Source of the DNA: Bdellovibrionota bacterium
GTDB taxonomy: Bacteria; Bdellovibrionota; Bdellovibrionia; Bdellovibrionales; JAMPXM01
Reading direction: 5' to 3'
Length of the DNA: 34,800 nucleotides
NCBI GenBank assembly: GCA_040384505.1
Contig: JAZKJB010000292.1
Span: 1-34,800 of the forward strand
The notes under the pieces were generated by a model. That model was given only the letters and a program-made list of their open reading frames with translations. It was not told where the DNA came from and did no database searches. Positions 1 through 8,000 of this stretch are shown here, in pieces; positions within the stretch are counted from its first letter, which is position 1, and each line of letters opens with the position of its first letter. Position numbers and translations under genes: made by a program.

Positions 1-565
1 CGGGAAACAACATGAGAAGCCGACTGAGATGCAGAACGCCCCAAAACACCGTCATTTGAACCATGAAGAGCTGAATGAAAGAGTCGACGTTCCACGAGCC
101 ACTCGCCTCTCGAAGGCGAAAGACGTCGTCGAAGAACGAGACCTGGTGAAAGCAGATCACCATGGTCGCCAAACTCGAGAGGATCGCGAGAAAAAACCTC
201 GTCGCGATCGACGGTACCCAAGAGGCGACATTCTCGAGCACGAGGATGAGAACGAGAGGCGCACTCAACCAAACGAAGATTCGCCTCAGTTCGTCCGACA
301 TCACGCTCAAGACATAAAAATACGTCAGTGCCGTGAGGGTCACCCCACCTTCGTGAGTCCGAGGAACGGCTCTCGTCTTGAGGATACCCATTGCGAAAAG
401 CGCGCTCATGCCGAGGAAACCGTAAGGAGTCGACTCCTCTCCGATGAGGACGATGGCTCCGATCACGCCGCCCAAGAGAATGACGATCGTTTCCATCTGG
501 CTCGCTTTCCGCGAGACGCAAACGAAGAGCACGACCAAGATGACGGAGGCCAGGTGAACCAGCAT
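1..565 (-). CDS. hypothetical multi-pass membrane protein; C-terminus lies outside the window
   Basis: Absent from the ORF track because it runs off the window edge. Manual translation of the minus strand from ATG (cat at 563-565) gives MLVHLASVILVVLFVCVSRKASQMETIVILLGGVIGAIVLIGEESTPYGFLGMSALFAMGILK...LVLILVLENVASWVPSIATRFFLAILSSLATMVICF..., with several hydrophobic helices. The listed + ORF 29..598 is its codon-register antisense shadow. The frame stays open upstream to an ATG at 637, but that region is occupied by the rnpB terminator hairpin. Confidence 0.5.
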   Translation of the reverse strand, partial: MLVHLASVILVVLFVCVSRKASQMETIVILLGGVIGAIVLIGEESTPYGFLGMSALFAMGILKTRAVPRTHEGGVTLTALTYFYVLSVMSDELRRIFVWLSAPLVLILVLENVASWVPSIATRFFLAILSSLATMVICFHQVSFFDDVFRLREASGSWNVDSFIQLFMVQMTVFWGVLHLSRLLMLFP

Positions 566-591
566 GATTCCGTATCGGAATTCGTCGCAGG

Positions 592-635
592 AATTTGAAA
601 GAACGAGGCCCCATCCGTTTTGCGGATGAGGCCTC
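592..635 (-). terminator. rho-independent terminator downstream of rnpB
   Basis: Hairpin gaggcc(605-610)/ggcctc(630-635) plus catccg(612-617)/cggatg(623-628), with a 5-nt loop. On the minus strand it is followed by GUUCUUUCAAAUU. It sits about 10 nt after the rnpB 3' end. Confidence 0.6.
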
Positions 636-644
636 ATAATGTCG

Positions 645-1041
645 AATGGATGTGCGGTAAGCCGGATTCTGTCTTCCCACGAGATCGACACCTCGGGGGG
701 AGGCGACTATTCCTCTACGCCGCGGATTGCTCCGAAGCTTTAGCGAACGTACCCGGAAGCCTCACTTCGAGCCGAAGTGTTCCGTTGGTTTGACCCACCG
801 GAGGCGCTCCCCTATTTGATCTTGCTCCACGCAGAGTTTGGCTGTTTTCACTCCAGCGGCTCCCCCGCGGCCTCCCTTGCCGGCCGTGGGATCAGTGCCC
901 TGGACATTCTCTCTGTTCCACTGGTCCTCGTCTTACGACGGGGGGTCGTTAACCCCTGCGCTGCTCTTCGGAGTCCGGACTTTCCTCGAAATCCCAAAAC
1001 GATTCGCATCGCTTTCGGACCTCGCAATCGCCTGCACTTCC
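645..1041 (-). ncRNA. rnpB: RNase P RNA, bacterial type A
   Basis: The minus strand carries the universal blocks CGAGGAAAGUCCGGACUCC (complement of 969-987), ACAGAGAG, GAGCAAGAUCAAAUAGGGG and the 3' block ACAGAAUCCGGCUUACCGCACAUCC. The 5' GGAAGUGCAGG (1031-1041) can pair with the 3' CCGCACAUCC (648-657) to form P1. Length is about 400 nt. No convincing ORF is present. Ends are approximate (+/-5 nt). Confidence 0.92.
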
Positions 1042-1227
1042 TAAGCTGAGCAAGGTAACAGCGATGGAGCTTCATTTCAAGGCGCCGCCAGATACGGTTC
1101 GAAAGGAAGGGCCTAGTTTCAATAGGTTGGCTTAGGAGCAAGAAAAGGTCGGTTTTTCTTCACGGTTGGCTCGACCCCAGACCTTGGTCAGCCGATGAGT
1201 AGGGGTCGAAACTTCGGGAGGAAGAAT

Positions 1228-1263
1228 GCAAAAAGCCGCGACCCTCAGAGCTCGTGAAGTCGC
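1228..1263 (-). terminator. possible rho-independent terminator after the GT2 gene ending at 1280
   Basis: Minus strand reads GCGACUUCA-cgagcuc-UGAGgGUCGC, a 9-bp stem with one bulge, followed by GGCUUUUUGC. Confidence 0.4.
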
Positions 1264-1279
1264 CCTGGTCTCTGCTCTC

Positions 1280-3052
1280 TCATTCGGGACCTTCGTCCTT
1301 TTCGTGAGCTTCGTTCGCTCGTTCTTCGGCTGAAGATTCCCCGGTCGCCGCGAGCGGTACCGGCAACGCCGCCGGTAACGAAAAATTCCTTCGCTTCCAT
1401 CTCCAGAACGGACCACCCGTCACGACTTGATCCCACAACAACCAAAGCTGAATCGGCCGCCTGAAGAGGTACCGCGTTCGCACGTAAACTTCCGGCGAGA
1501 GATTGTGCCGGTAGAACACGCGCGCGCTTCTTCCCAACAAACGCAGTTTATCGCGGTGATTGCCGCCGTACTCGGTCGAGTAATCGCCGCGGCTCTGATG
1601 ATAGAGATCCAAGTCGAGAAGCTGCAGAGTCGTCCCGGCACGCACGAAGCGCCAGCCGAGCTCGAGATCCTCGTAGCCGTACGACGTGAAATTCTCGCGG
1701 AACCAGCCGACCGACTTGAAGAGCGACGCCTTCATCGAGATCGAATGCGAGAGCATGAAGCGCCACGGATAATCGAGATCCATCCAACGATCGGCCTGTG
1801 AGAGGAAGTCGCGCCAGAAACCCCGATCGGCGAGACGGACGTCGGACTGAGGATTGATCTTCTCCCAGGCCATGCGAACTCCGAAGACGTCGTCCCTGAG
1901 ATCGTGGCGACGACCCATCAACACGCGCGGGAATTTTCCGGCCTTCTCGAGCTCCCGGACGACGGTCTCGAGATAGTCCTTCGGGACGAGCATGTCGTCG
2001 TCGAGGAACGCGAGCATCTCGCCTTTCGCGACCGAGGCGCCGACGTTTCGTGCGAGCCCCGCGCGGTAGCGATTATCGCCGAGCTTTCGGCGGACCGTGC
2101 GCGGGATCTGCATGAGAGTCATCGCGACGCCTCGACCATCCCCGTCCATCAATTTCTCGACGTCTTTCACGGTCGTGTCGTGGCTTCCGCAGTCGACGAC
2201 GATGATCTCGAACTTCGATCGCGGAAGACGCTGACGGAAGAGATGTCTGAGAGTGTTCATCAGCTCGATCGTCTTCTCGAAAGTCGGGATCACGACCGAG
2301 ATCACCGGCTCGTTCTTTTCGTTCGACTCGCGCGAATGAACGACGGCCGGATCGGGAAACATGACTTCGTCCGATGGCATGTTCGAATCGTCCATGCCCC
2401 ACCCGAGCGGAGGGCGAATGTCAACTTCGGGAAACTCCGTGCGAAGCGTGTCGACCCAAGCGCGAATCGTCGGCTCGCGCCACGGGTGCCGGGCCCGCGG
2501 AGATTGAAACGGAAATTCGAGATGAACTGAGCGATGACCGGCATCGCGAAGCGCTGAGAACGCGATTCGTAAGCGCGAGAGCTCGGTTCCGGGCAAGAGC
2601 CGGTATGTGATCGCGCGCATCGGGAGCGGTTTGAGCCCTCCGGTCTGCGCGCGAGCGAGCGGCTCTTCCATCGGAAGATGAAAGACGATGTTCCAGTAAG
2701 CGAGAGCGTCTTTGTCTTTCGGCAAGAACTCGGTCGCTTCGGAGGCGGCGACACGGAACATGAGCGGACCCGACCACTCTCCGAGCGAGCTCGCGGCGAG
2801 AGCGGAGCGAACGACGAGCTCACGAGTCGGCGTCACGTCGCGCGCGAGATCGAATTCGACGGCGTCGTAATTCCATTCTTTCGCATATTGAAACGCGCGA
2901 TCGACATCGGCGGCACTCGTCGTGCTGAAGACCCGAACCGTGTACCAACGATGATGGCGCTCGAAGATTTCAGCCACGAGGGCCTCGGCCGCCACTCCAG
3001 CCCGCGACCCCCGCGAGCAATCCCGCACCGTAACTGAAGTGCGTGATCGCAT
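1280..3052 (-). CDS. two-domain glycosyltransferase: about 250-aa N-terminal domain of unknown function plus a C-terminal GT2 (GT-A) domain
   Basis: GT2 hallmarks are ISVVIPTFEK..., FEIIVVDCGSHD, RAGLARNVGASVAKGEMLAFLDDDMLVP (DxD) and YGYEDLELGWRF. It is paralogous along its whole length to the 4053..5507 protein. The start is uncertain: ATG 3052 lacks an RBS, and in-frame GTGs exist at 3028, 2995 and 2977 (GAGG lies 5 nt upstream of 2977). All candidate starts overlap the stop of the upstream gene at 2970. Confidence 0.8.
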   Translation of the reverse strand: MRSRTSVTVRDCSRGSRAGVAAEALVAEIFERHHRWYTVRVFSTTSAADVDRAFQYAKEWNYDAVEFDLARDVTPTRELVVRSALAASSLGEWSGPLMFRVAASEATEFLPKDKDALAYWNIVFHLPMEEPLARAQTGGLKPLPMRAITYRLLPGTELSRLRIAFSALRDAGHRSVHLEFPFQSPRARHPWREPTIRAWVDTLRTEFPEVDIRPPLGWGMDDSNMPSDEVMFPDPAVVHSRESNEKNEPVISVVIPTFEKTIELMNTLRHLFRQRLPRSKFEIIVVDCGSHDTTVKDVEKLMDGDGRGVAMTLMQIPRTVRRKLGDNRYRAGLARNVGASVAKGEMLAFLDDDMLVPKDYLETVVRELEKAGKFPRVLMGRRHDLRDDVFGVRMAWEKINPQSDVRLADRGFWRDFLSQADRWMDLDYPWRFMLSHSISMKASLFKSVGWFRENFTSYGYEDLELGWRFVRAGTTLQLLDLDLYHQSRGDYSTEYGGNHRDKLRLLGRSARVFYRHNLSPEVYVRTRYLFRRPIQLWLLWDQVVTGGPFWRWKRRNFSLPAALPVPLAATGESSAEERANEAHEKDEGPE

Positions 3053-4028
3053 AAAGCGGGATCATGAGGAAGAGAAGATGAGGGCGCCGCGCCTGGAGCG
3101 AAAGAACGACCGCGCAGGTCGCGATGCCGGCCACGTATGCGATCGACCACGCCAACAGGAACTTCATGTCGACCAAAGCGGCCGCAGGAAACGAGAGCGC
3201 GAAGAGAGCGGGAAGAACGAACTTCAAGCGGCGATGCTCGCGAACTTTTCGCATCACCTGGATCTGGCCCCAGCCATAGCGAAAGATCTTGCGGCCCCAA
3301 TCACGGAAGCTCGGCCGGGAATGATGCGCGACCTCGAGCGAATCCACTTTCAAAAGACGTCCATCGCGAGCACGAAGCTTGTAGCTCACATCGACATCTT
3401 CACAGACCCATCGGTGCGAGTGGGCGAAGCCGCCGATCGCGACGAGCGCCTCGCGGTCGTACAAAACGCTACACGTCGGTAGATGCGAAACTTCTCTTCC
3501 GTCGACGGAGCCACGTTTGCTTTGTTCGGAACCGAAGTGGCCGAGGAAGTTCGAGAACATGAGTCGCTGAGCCTGGTGAAAAGGCGAGCCGTCTCGCGGC
3601 GGTTGGTTGGAACTTCCGACCGCTGCGACTCCACGTCCCTGATGGAGGTCGAACGTGGAATCGAGAGTCGTGAGCCACCGAGGAGGAACGACGCAGTCGG
3701 CATCCGTGAAGGCCAGGAACGGAGTCGTCACGTTTTCGAGCGCGGTCTGGCGGGCGGCGCCGAGATTGTTCATCTTTCGACGTAGGATCGTGAAACGAAT
3801 GTGAGAACGTTCGGCATACCGAAACGCGACTCGCTCGGCGATCTCGATCGTCTGATCGGTCGACGCATTGTCGACCAAGAGGATCGCGAACGGCCGATCG
3901 AATTCTTGTTCGAAGAGAGCCGAGAGACAGGCCTCGATCGATCGTTCTTCGTTGTGAGCGACGACACAAGCCGTCACCCGTGAGTCGAGATCCGATTTCA
4001 TCGCTCCAACGCTAGCACGAGTTGCCAT
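2970..4028 (-). CDS. GT2 family glycosyltransferase with C-terminal transmembrane helices (synthase-like)
   Basis: Motifs VTACVVAHNEERSIEACL, AILLVDNASTDQT, FLAFTDADCVVPP (DxD), VCEDVDVSYKL and FRYGWGQ (QxxRW-like), followed by a hydrophobic C-terminus (FVLPALFALSFPAAALV...IAYVAGIATCAVVL...LFLMIPLYAITHF). I chose ATG 4028 (MATRASVG...). The track's longer version (to 4439) would overlap the divergent gene with an R/E/L-rich stretch that does not look protein-like. ATG 3998 is an alternative start. Confidence 0.8.
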   Translation of the reverse strand: MATRASVGAMKSDLDSRVTACVVAHNEERSIEACLSALFEQEFDRPFAILLVDNASTDQTIEIAERVAFRYAERSHIRFTILRRKMNNLGAARQTALENVTTPFLAFTDADCVVPPRWLTTLDSTFDLHQGRGVAAVGSSNQPPRDGSPFHQAQRLMFSNFLGHFGSEQSKRGSVDGREVSHLPTCSVLYDREALVAIGGFAHSHRWVCEDVDVSYKLRARDGRLLKVDSLEVAHHSRPSFRDWGRKIFRYGWGQIQVMRKVREHRRLKFVLPALFALSFPAAALVDMKFLLAWSIAYVAGIATCAVVLSLQARRPHLLFLMIPLYAITHFSYGAGLLAGVAGWSGGRGPRG

Positions 4029-4052
4029 CGCGAGCGAGAGGCCGATACGCTC

Positions 4053-5507
4053 ATGATGATGCACCACTTCCAACGCCAACCGCTGACGATCTCTGACATT
4101 TGCGAAGACGAATGTGGGTTGTGCGCGACGCTCGGCTGCCTCAGACCCGAGCCCCTCGATTGGAAGACCTTCCTCACCGAGCTCGACCAAATCCAACTCG
4201 CCTCTCCGGAGGCCATCGTGTTCCCACCGAACTCGCTCTCGCATCCCGAGCTCGGCTCGATGATTCGCGAAATCAGGAATCGTCGAATGGAAGCGATCGT
4301 CCGAGTGAGGCCGCAACAGATCGTTCGACATCGGCAGCTCGTTTCCGCACTCGAATACGGTGATGCGAGCTTCGAGATCGTGATCGATCGTCCGCTGTCG
4401 ACCGAAGATTTCTCCGGAATTCAAAGTCTCGCGTCCCATGTCGTAGCGACGACGGTCGTGATCAACCGTTCGATCGATACCGAAGCGGTCGTCGAATCGC
4501 TACCTCGCGAAGCATGCGGAGCCGTCGCTTTGTTGGCTCCGGTCGAAAGCGGCGATCGGTTCTTCTCGCCCGACACCGTTTACGGACTGATGGCGAGTCC
4601 CGGTCTGCGCGATCTTCCGTCGATAGGAGTCGAACAAGGTCACTCGCGCTTCTTGGAAACGGGCGTTCGAGCCACGCCTCGCGAAGCGCGGCCAGCCGCG
4701 ATTTCCGTGCGTGTTTCTGTCATCGTCCCATTTCATCTCGTCGCTCCGATCGCGTGCCTCGAGGCGCTCTCTCGACAAACACTCAACCGTTCGAAATTCG
4801 AAGTCGTGGTCGTCGTCGATCGCGCCGTGAACGACGACTTGTTCGAGGTCGAACGCTGGATCCGCGCGGCCCCGAGAGACTTTTGCATTTCGTTGTACGT
4901 CCTCGATTCAAAGGGCACGAGTCCTTCGGATTTCCGAGCGGGTCTCGCGAGAAACGCCGGCGCTTTTCATGCGAGAGGGGATCTTCTCGTCTTTCTCGAT
5001 GCCGATGCCGTCGCGCCGCCAGAACTGTTGGAAGATGCTCTCGAAGCCCATCGTCTCTCCGACGTCATCCAGTACAGACGTTTCGACGAGAACGTCGAAA
5101 CCGAGGAGTACTGGTCTCGCTTCTACGACTCTCCGAATTGGTCGTCGCTGGAGCGGAAATGGAAGTACGTTTCGAGCTTCGCTCTTTCAGTGAAGTTGAA
5201 GCACTTTCTCGCCGTCGGAGGCTTTCCTTCCGCTCTCGATCGGTACGGCTGTGAGGACACGTTCCTCGGATGGAAGCTCGATCGAGCCGGACACCGCTTC
5301 GAACTGCGAAACCTCACGATCGAACACGTCGGGCGCTCGCCTAGAAGAACCTCCACGAGGATTAAGATGAAACGTATCGCATCGTCGGCGCGAGCTTTTT
5401 ATCTTTGTACTCTCGACCCCGCCGTCTATCGGCTCTTCTTCCCAGTGATGGGTCGGTTTCCAGAACTCCGCTGGAGCCTTCGTGCGATTGCGGGAGCGAC
5501 GCGATGA
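4053..5507 (+). CDS. two-domain glycosyltransferase: N-terminal domain with a CxxxCxxC motif (radical-SAM-like?) plus a C-terminal GT2 domain
   Basis: N-terminus reads MMMHHFQRQPLTISDICEDECGLCATLGC (Cys codons at 4101, 4113, 4122). GT2 part has VSVIVPFH..., FEVVVVVDRA, RAGLARNAGAFHARGDLLVFLDADAVAP and YGCEDTFLGWKL. It is a paralogue of 1280..3052. Confidence 0.8.
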   Translation: MMMHHFQRQPLTISDICEDECGLCATLGCLRPEPLDWKTFLTELDQIQLASPEAIVFPPNSLSHPELGSMIREIRNRRMEAIVRVRPQQIVRHRQLVSALEYGDASFEIVIDRPLSTEDFSGIQSLASHVVATTVVINRSIDTEAVVESLPREACGAVALLAPVESGDRFFSPDTVYGLMASPGLRDLPSIGVEQGHSRFLETGVRATPREARPAAISVRVSVIVPFHLVAPIACLEALSRQTLNRSKFEVVVVVDRAVNDDLFEVERWIRAAPRDFCISLYVLDSKGTSPSDFRAGLARNAGAFHARGDLLVFLDADAVAPPELLEDALEAHRLSDVIQYRRFDENVETEEYWSRFYDSPNWSSLERKWKYVSSFALSVKLKHFLAVGGFPSALDRYGCEDTFLGWKLDRAGHRFELRNLTIEHVGRSPRRTSTRIKMKRIASSARAFYLCTLDPAVYRLFFPVMGRFPELRWSLRAIAGATR

Positions 5508-6484
5508 AACGACTTCCACTCTCCGTCGTCGTTCCCACCTACCGAAACACTCTGCGACTTCGAGAACTTTTAGGATCACTGGAGAGACAAAGCCGGCGAC
5601 TCGAGTACGAAGTGATCGTCGTCGCGAATTTGCCGGAGCCCGGCCTCAAGAAAGTCGTCGAGTCCTATGGACCACGATTTCGTTTTCTCGAAACAGGTCG
5701 CATCGGCGCGAATCTCGCGCGCAACAAAGGCGTCGAGCGCGCTCGCGGAGACATCGTCGTCTTCCTCGATGACGATTCGTATGTTTCCGACAAGGATTTC
5801 CTCGAACGCGTTCACGCTCTTCACGAAAGCCACCCCGCCTCGTTGGCGATCGGTGGGCCGTACACCTTGAGATCCGGTGCGACGGCTTGCGAAACGGCTT
5901 ATCATCTCGTCCTCGAACATCGACTTCGTTCGTCGAGGCGTCGTTACGACGAGACGTCACTTCTTCTCGGAGGAAACTGGTCTTTCAAAGCGCATAGCCT
6001 CGGCGCGCGACTCCGTTTCGACGACACGATCGCCTTTGGAGGGACCGAGTTGGAGTTGTTCGCTCGCTTGATTCGAGAAGGTCACTCTTTACTTCTCGAC
6101 GACTCGAGCTCCGTCGTTCATCAGCTTCGACTGAGTGTGTGGGGTCTCGCTCGGCGTGCTTACGCTCAAGGTCTTGCCTTCGGTCGACTCGCTCCCACTG
6201 CAGGCTCGACTCGTCATTGGCATTCGACGCTCACCGTTCGTGAATGCGCCGAGAACGCGGGCCTCGCCTGGAGCCGACGCGTGCGATTCTTCGCTTTGCT
6301 CTATCGGAAGATTTTCGAGTACGGAGTTTCCGTCGGAAACGAGCGAGACCTCGCTCCTTCGACCACTTTGCGCCGGTGGCTCGCGGAACTCATCGTCGTC
6401 ACGGGGAACGCTTTCGCGCTAGCGAAACTAGAGGCGGGTGGAAAAACGCGAAGTGAGACGGCCCGTTTGCCAGCTGACTTGTGA
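5504..6484 (+). CDS. GT2 family glycosyltransferase
   Basis: MKRLPLSVVVPTYRNTLRLRELLGSLERQ, YEVIVVAN, ARNKGVERARGDIVVFLDDDS. The ATG at 5504 overlaps the upstream stop (ATGA, 5504-5507), with GGGAG 7 nt upstream. I therefore trimmed the track ORF, which starts at 5405. Confidence 0.85.
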   Translation: MKRLPLSVVVPTYRNTLRLRELLGSLERQSRRLEYEVIVVANLPEPGLKKVVESYGPRFRFLETGRIGANLARNKGVERARGDIVVFLDDDSYVSDKDFLERVHALHESHPASLAIGGPYTLRSGATACETAYHLVLEHRLRSSRRRYDETSLLLGGNWSFKAHSLGARLRFDDTIAFGGTELELFARLIREGHSLLLDDSSSVVHQLRLSVWGLARRAYAQGLAFGRLAPTAGSTRHWHSTLTVRECAENAGLAWSRRVRFFALLYRKIFEYGVSVGNERDLAPSTTLRRWLAELIVVTGNAFALAKLEAGGKTRSETARLPADL

Positions 6485-7288
6485 AATGCCGCCGTAAACA
6501 GCGCCCGAGACAAGGCGGCGCAAGTTCTCGGCGGAGCCCGCGTCGCTCGACATCAAAGCAATCAAAGATTTCGCAAGGGAAGCATCGGGATCATGGTGCT
6601 TTCGCCGACCTTGCTTCCAGGCCTTCTTGATCAACGTCAGCGCTCCTACCTCGCAGTCGTGCTCGACATCGAGATCGAAATCGAGCGAGACCCCGACGTT
6701 TCGCGCGACCAACTCTCGCTGGAACGAAACTTCACTTCCGCCGTAAGTGATCGCTTCATCGAATCGAGCGGAACCGATGAGCGCCGAGCGAACACTGAAA
6801 TTCCCTCCGACCATCGGTCCTTTCTCGGGGGAACGCCCACGAAGCCACGCATTGACGATGGCATTGTAGGTGCGAGCCGACGAAGAAGCGTCGATCGTAT
6901 CGCTGTAAAAGCCGCCTCGAATTCCGACCTCCGGAAAACGTTCGAAACGCCGAGACAAGATGGAAAGGTGGTCCCGCCTCGAGAGACGGCAATCGTCGTC
7001 GAGGAAAAACAGGATCTCGCCGGACGCTTTTTCGATTCCCAGGTTACGCGCGTGATTCACGCCGACTCTGCCGACGCCCAAATACATCGCGCTCACACCC
7101 GCCTTCGTCAGCGCCTCGACTTGCGACTTCACTTGGGCGTCGTCCAGATTCGAAACGACCAACACTTCGAACTCATCGCGAGGGAAATCTTGGAGCCGCA
7201 GCGACGCCAATGCGAGCGCAAGCGATTCCGATCGCTGGTGCGTCGGGATGACGACGCTGAGCCGTAGGTTTTCTCTCGGTTTCGACAT
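6428..7288 (-). CDS. GT2 family glycosyltransferase (paralogue of 5504..6484)
   Basis: MSKPRENLRLSVVIPTHQRSESLALALASL, FEVLVVSN, ARNLGIEKASGEILFFLDDDC. GGAGG lies about 9 nt upstream of ATG 7288. The track's 7333 start is less likely. Confidence 0.85.
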   Translation of the reverse strand: MSKPRENLRLSVVIPTHQRSESLALALASLRLQDFPRDEFEVLVVSNLDDAQVKSQVEALTKAGVSAMYLGVGRVGVNHARNLGIEKASGEILFFLDDDCRLSRRDHLSILSRRFERFPEVGIRGGFYSDTIDASSSARTYNAIVNAWLRGRSPEKGPMVGGNFSVRSALIGSARFDEAITYGGSEVSFQRELVARNVGVSLDFDLDVEHDCEVGALTLIKKAWKQGRRKHHDPDASLAKSLIALMSSDAGSAENLRRLVSGAVYGGISQVSWQTGRLTSRFSTRL

Positions 7289-7355
7289 GGAGCAAAGCCT
7301 CCGCTTCTTAGCTACCATGGCGAATCCGGGCATGCGAAACTAAATCCAATCACCT

Positions 7356-8000
7356 ATGACACGACAACGGGTCGAGCTCTATTTCCGAGTCCTCTTCGTC
7401 CTGATGGGAACGCTCGCCGCGATCCTCAGCTTGAAGACCTACATTTCCGATTCCGAGTTCTGGGCGATCACGGCATCTCGCCAACTCGGAGAGTTCGGCG
7501 TCTCGGCTTCGATCTACATGAAGTTCCTTTTCTACGGACTCTTGAAACCAATTTACCTACTGCCCCTGGACAATATCTCTCACGTTCTCGTCGCGAGACT
7601 CGAGTTCGCCGTGATTGCGGCCTTCACGGCCTTCGTTTTCTATCGAGTCGCGAAGCTCTCCGTAAGAGACGAACTCGGCGCCTTGGTCCTCACACTTCTC
7701 CTCGTCTCCTGCTCGTTTTATCTCTCGCAGAGTTTTCGCGTACGCTCGGACAACATGGCTTCGTTGATCGCCTTGGTCGTGCTCTGGATCGTGATCCCAT
7801 GGTCGCGACGAACTGACGGAAAATGGATCCTTCACGCGGCAGCCGTCGCGGTGCTGAATCTTTTGCTTTTGATCGCGACCCCTAAGAGTTTTTATTTCTT
7901 GCTGATCGGGGCCGCCTTCACGTCGACCCTCCCCTTCGCCTCTATCGAGGCAAGAAATTGCTCGGCGTTACGATGGCCTTCGTCATGCCCCCGTTTTTGA
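7356..8000 (+). CDS. N-terminal part of a polytopic membrane protein, GT-C-fold glycosyltransferase-like; possibly one gene with 7958..9061, interrupted by a frameshift
   Basis: Five or six hydrophobic helices. The first loop YISDSEFWAITASRQL resembles the acidic D/E-x-x-aromatic first-loop motif of GT-C enzymes (ArnT/PMT type). After about residue 198 the frame turns into non-membrane-like sequence (ARNCSALRWPSSCPRF*), while the helices continue in the +2 frame. Confidence 0.55.
   Translation: MTRQRVELYFRVLFVLMGTLAAILSLKTYISDSEFWAITASRQLGEFGVSASIYMKFLFYGLLKPIYLLPLDNISHVLVARLEFAVIAAFTAFVFYRVAKLSVRDELGALVLTLLLVSCSFYLSQSFRVRSDNMASLIALVVLWIVIPWSRRTDGKWILHAAAVAVLNLLLLIATPKSFYFLLIGAAFTSTLPFASIEARNCSALRWPSSCPRF

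Noticed and set aside
29-598. 189-aa + strand ORF (MQNAPKHRHLNHEEL...)
   Set aside because: It is highly charged (R/E/D/H-rich) with no recognisable motifs. It lies in exact antisense codon register with a hydrophobic, helix-rich minus-strand reading frame that runs off the window edge. I treat it as a shadow ORF.
1196-1215. Possible att-like direct repeat of the tRNA 3' end (AGTAGGGG at about 1207 versus 28525-28532), which would make the region between rnpB and the tRNA an integrated island
   Set aside because: Only 8 nt match, which is expected by chance about once in a window of this size. No integrase, transposase or compositional break was seen.
777-1445. Several 60-97 aa ORFs on both strands (777..1049, 838..1044, 848..1141, 1132..1416, 1245..1445)
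   Set aside because: 777-1141 overlaps the RNase P RNA gene, whose conserved blocks explain the sequence. The remainder lies in the rnpB promoter and terminator spacer or overlaps the 3' end of the GT2 gene out of frame.
4029-4439. N-terminal 137-aa extension of the GT2 ORF 2970..4439
   Set aside because: The extension (MGRETLNSGEIFGRQRTIDHDLEAR...) is antisense to the N-domain of 4053..5507. That N-domain is conserved with its paralogue 1280..3052. The GT2 domain begins right after the internal ATG at 4028.
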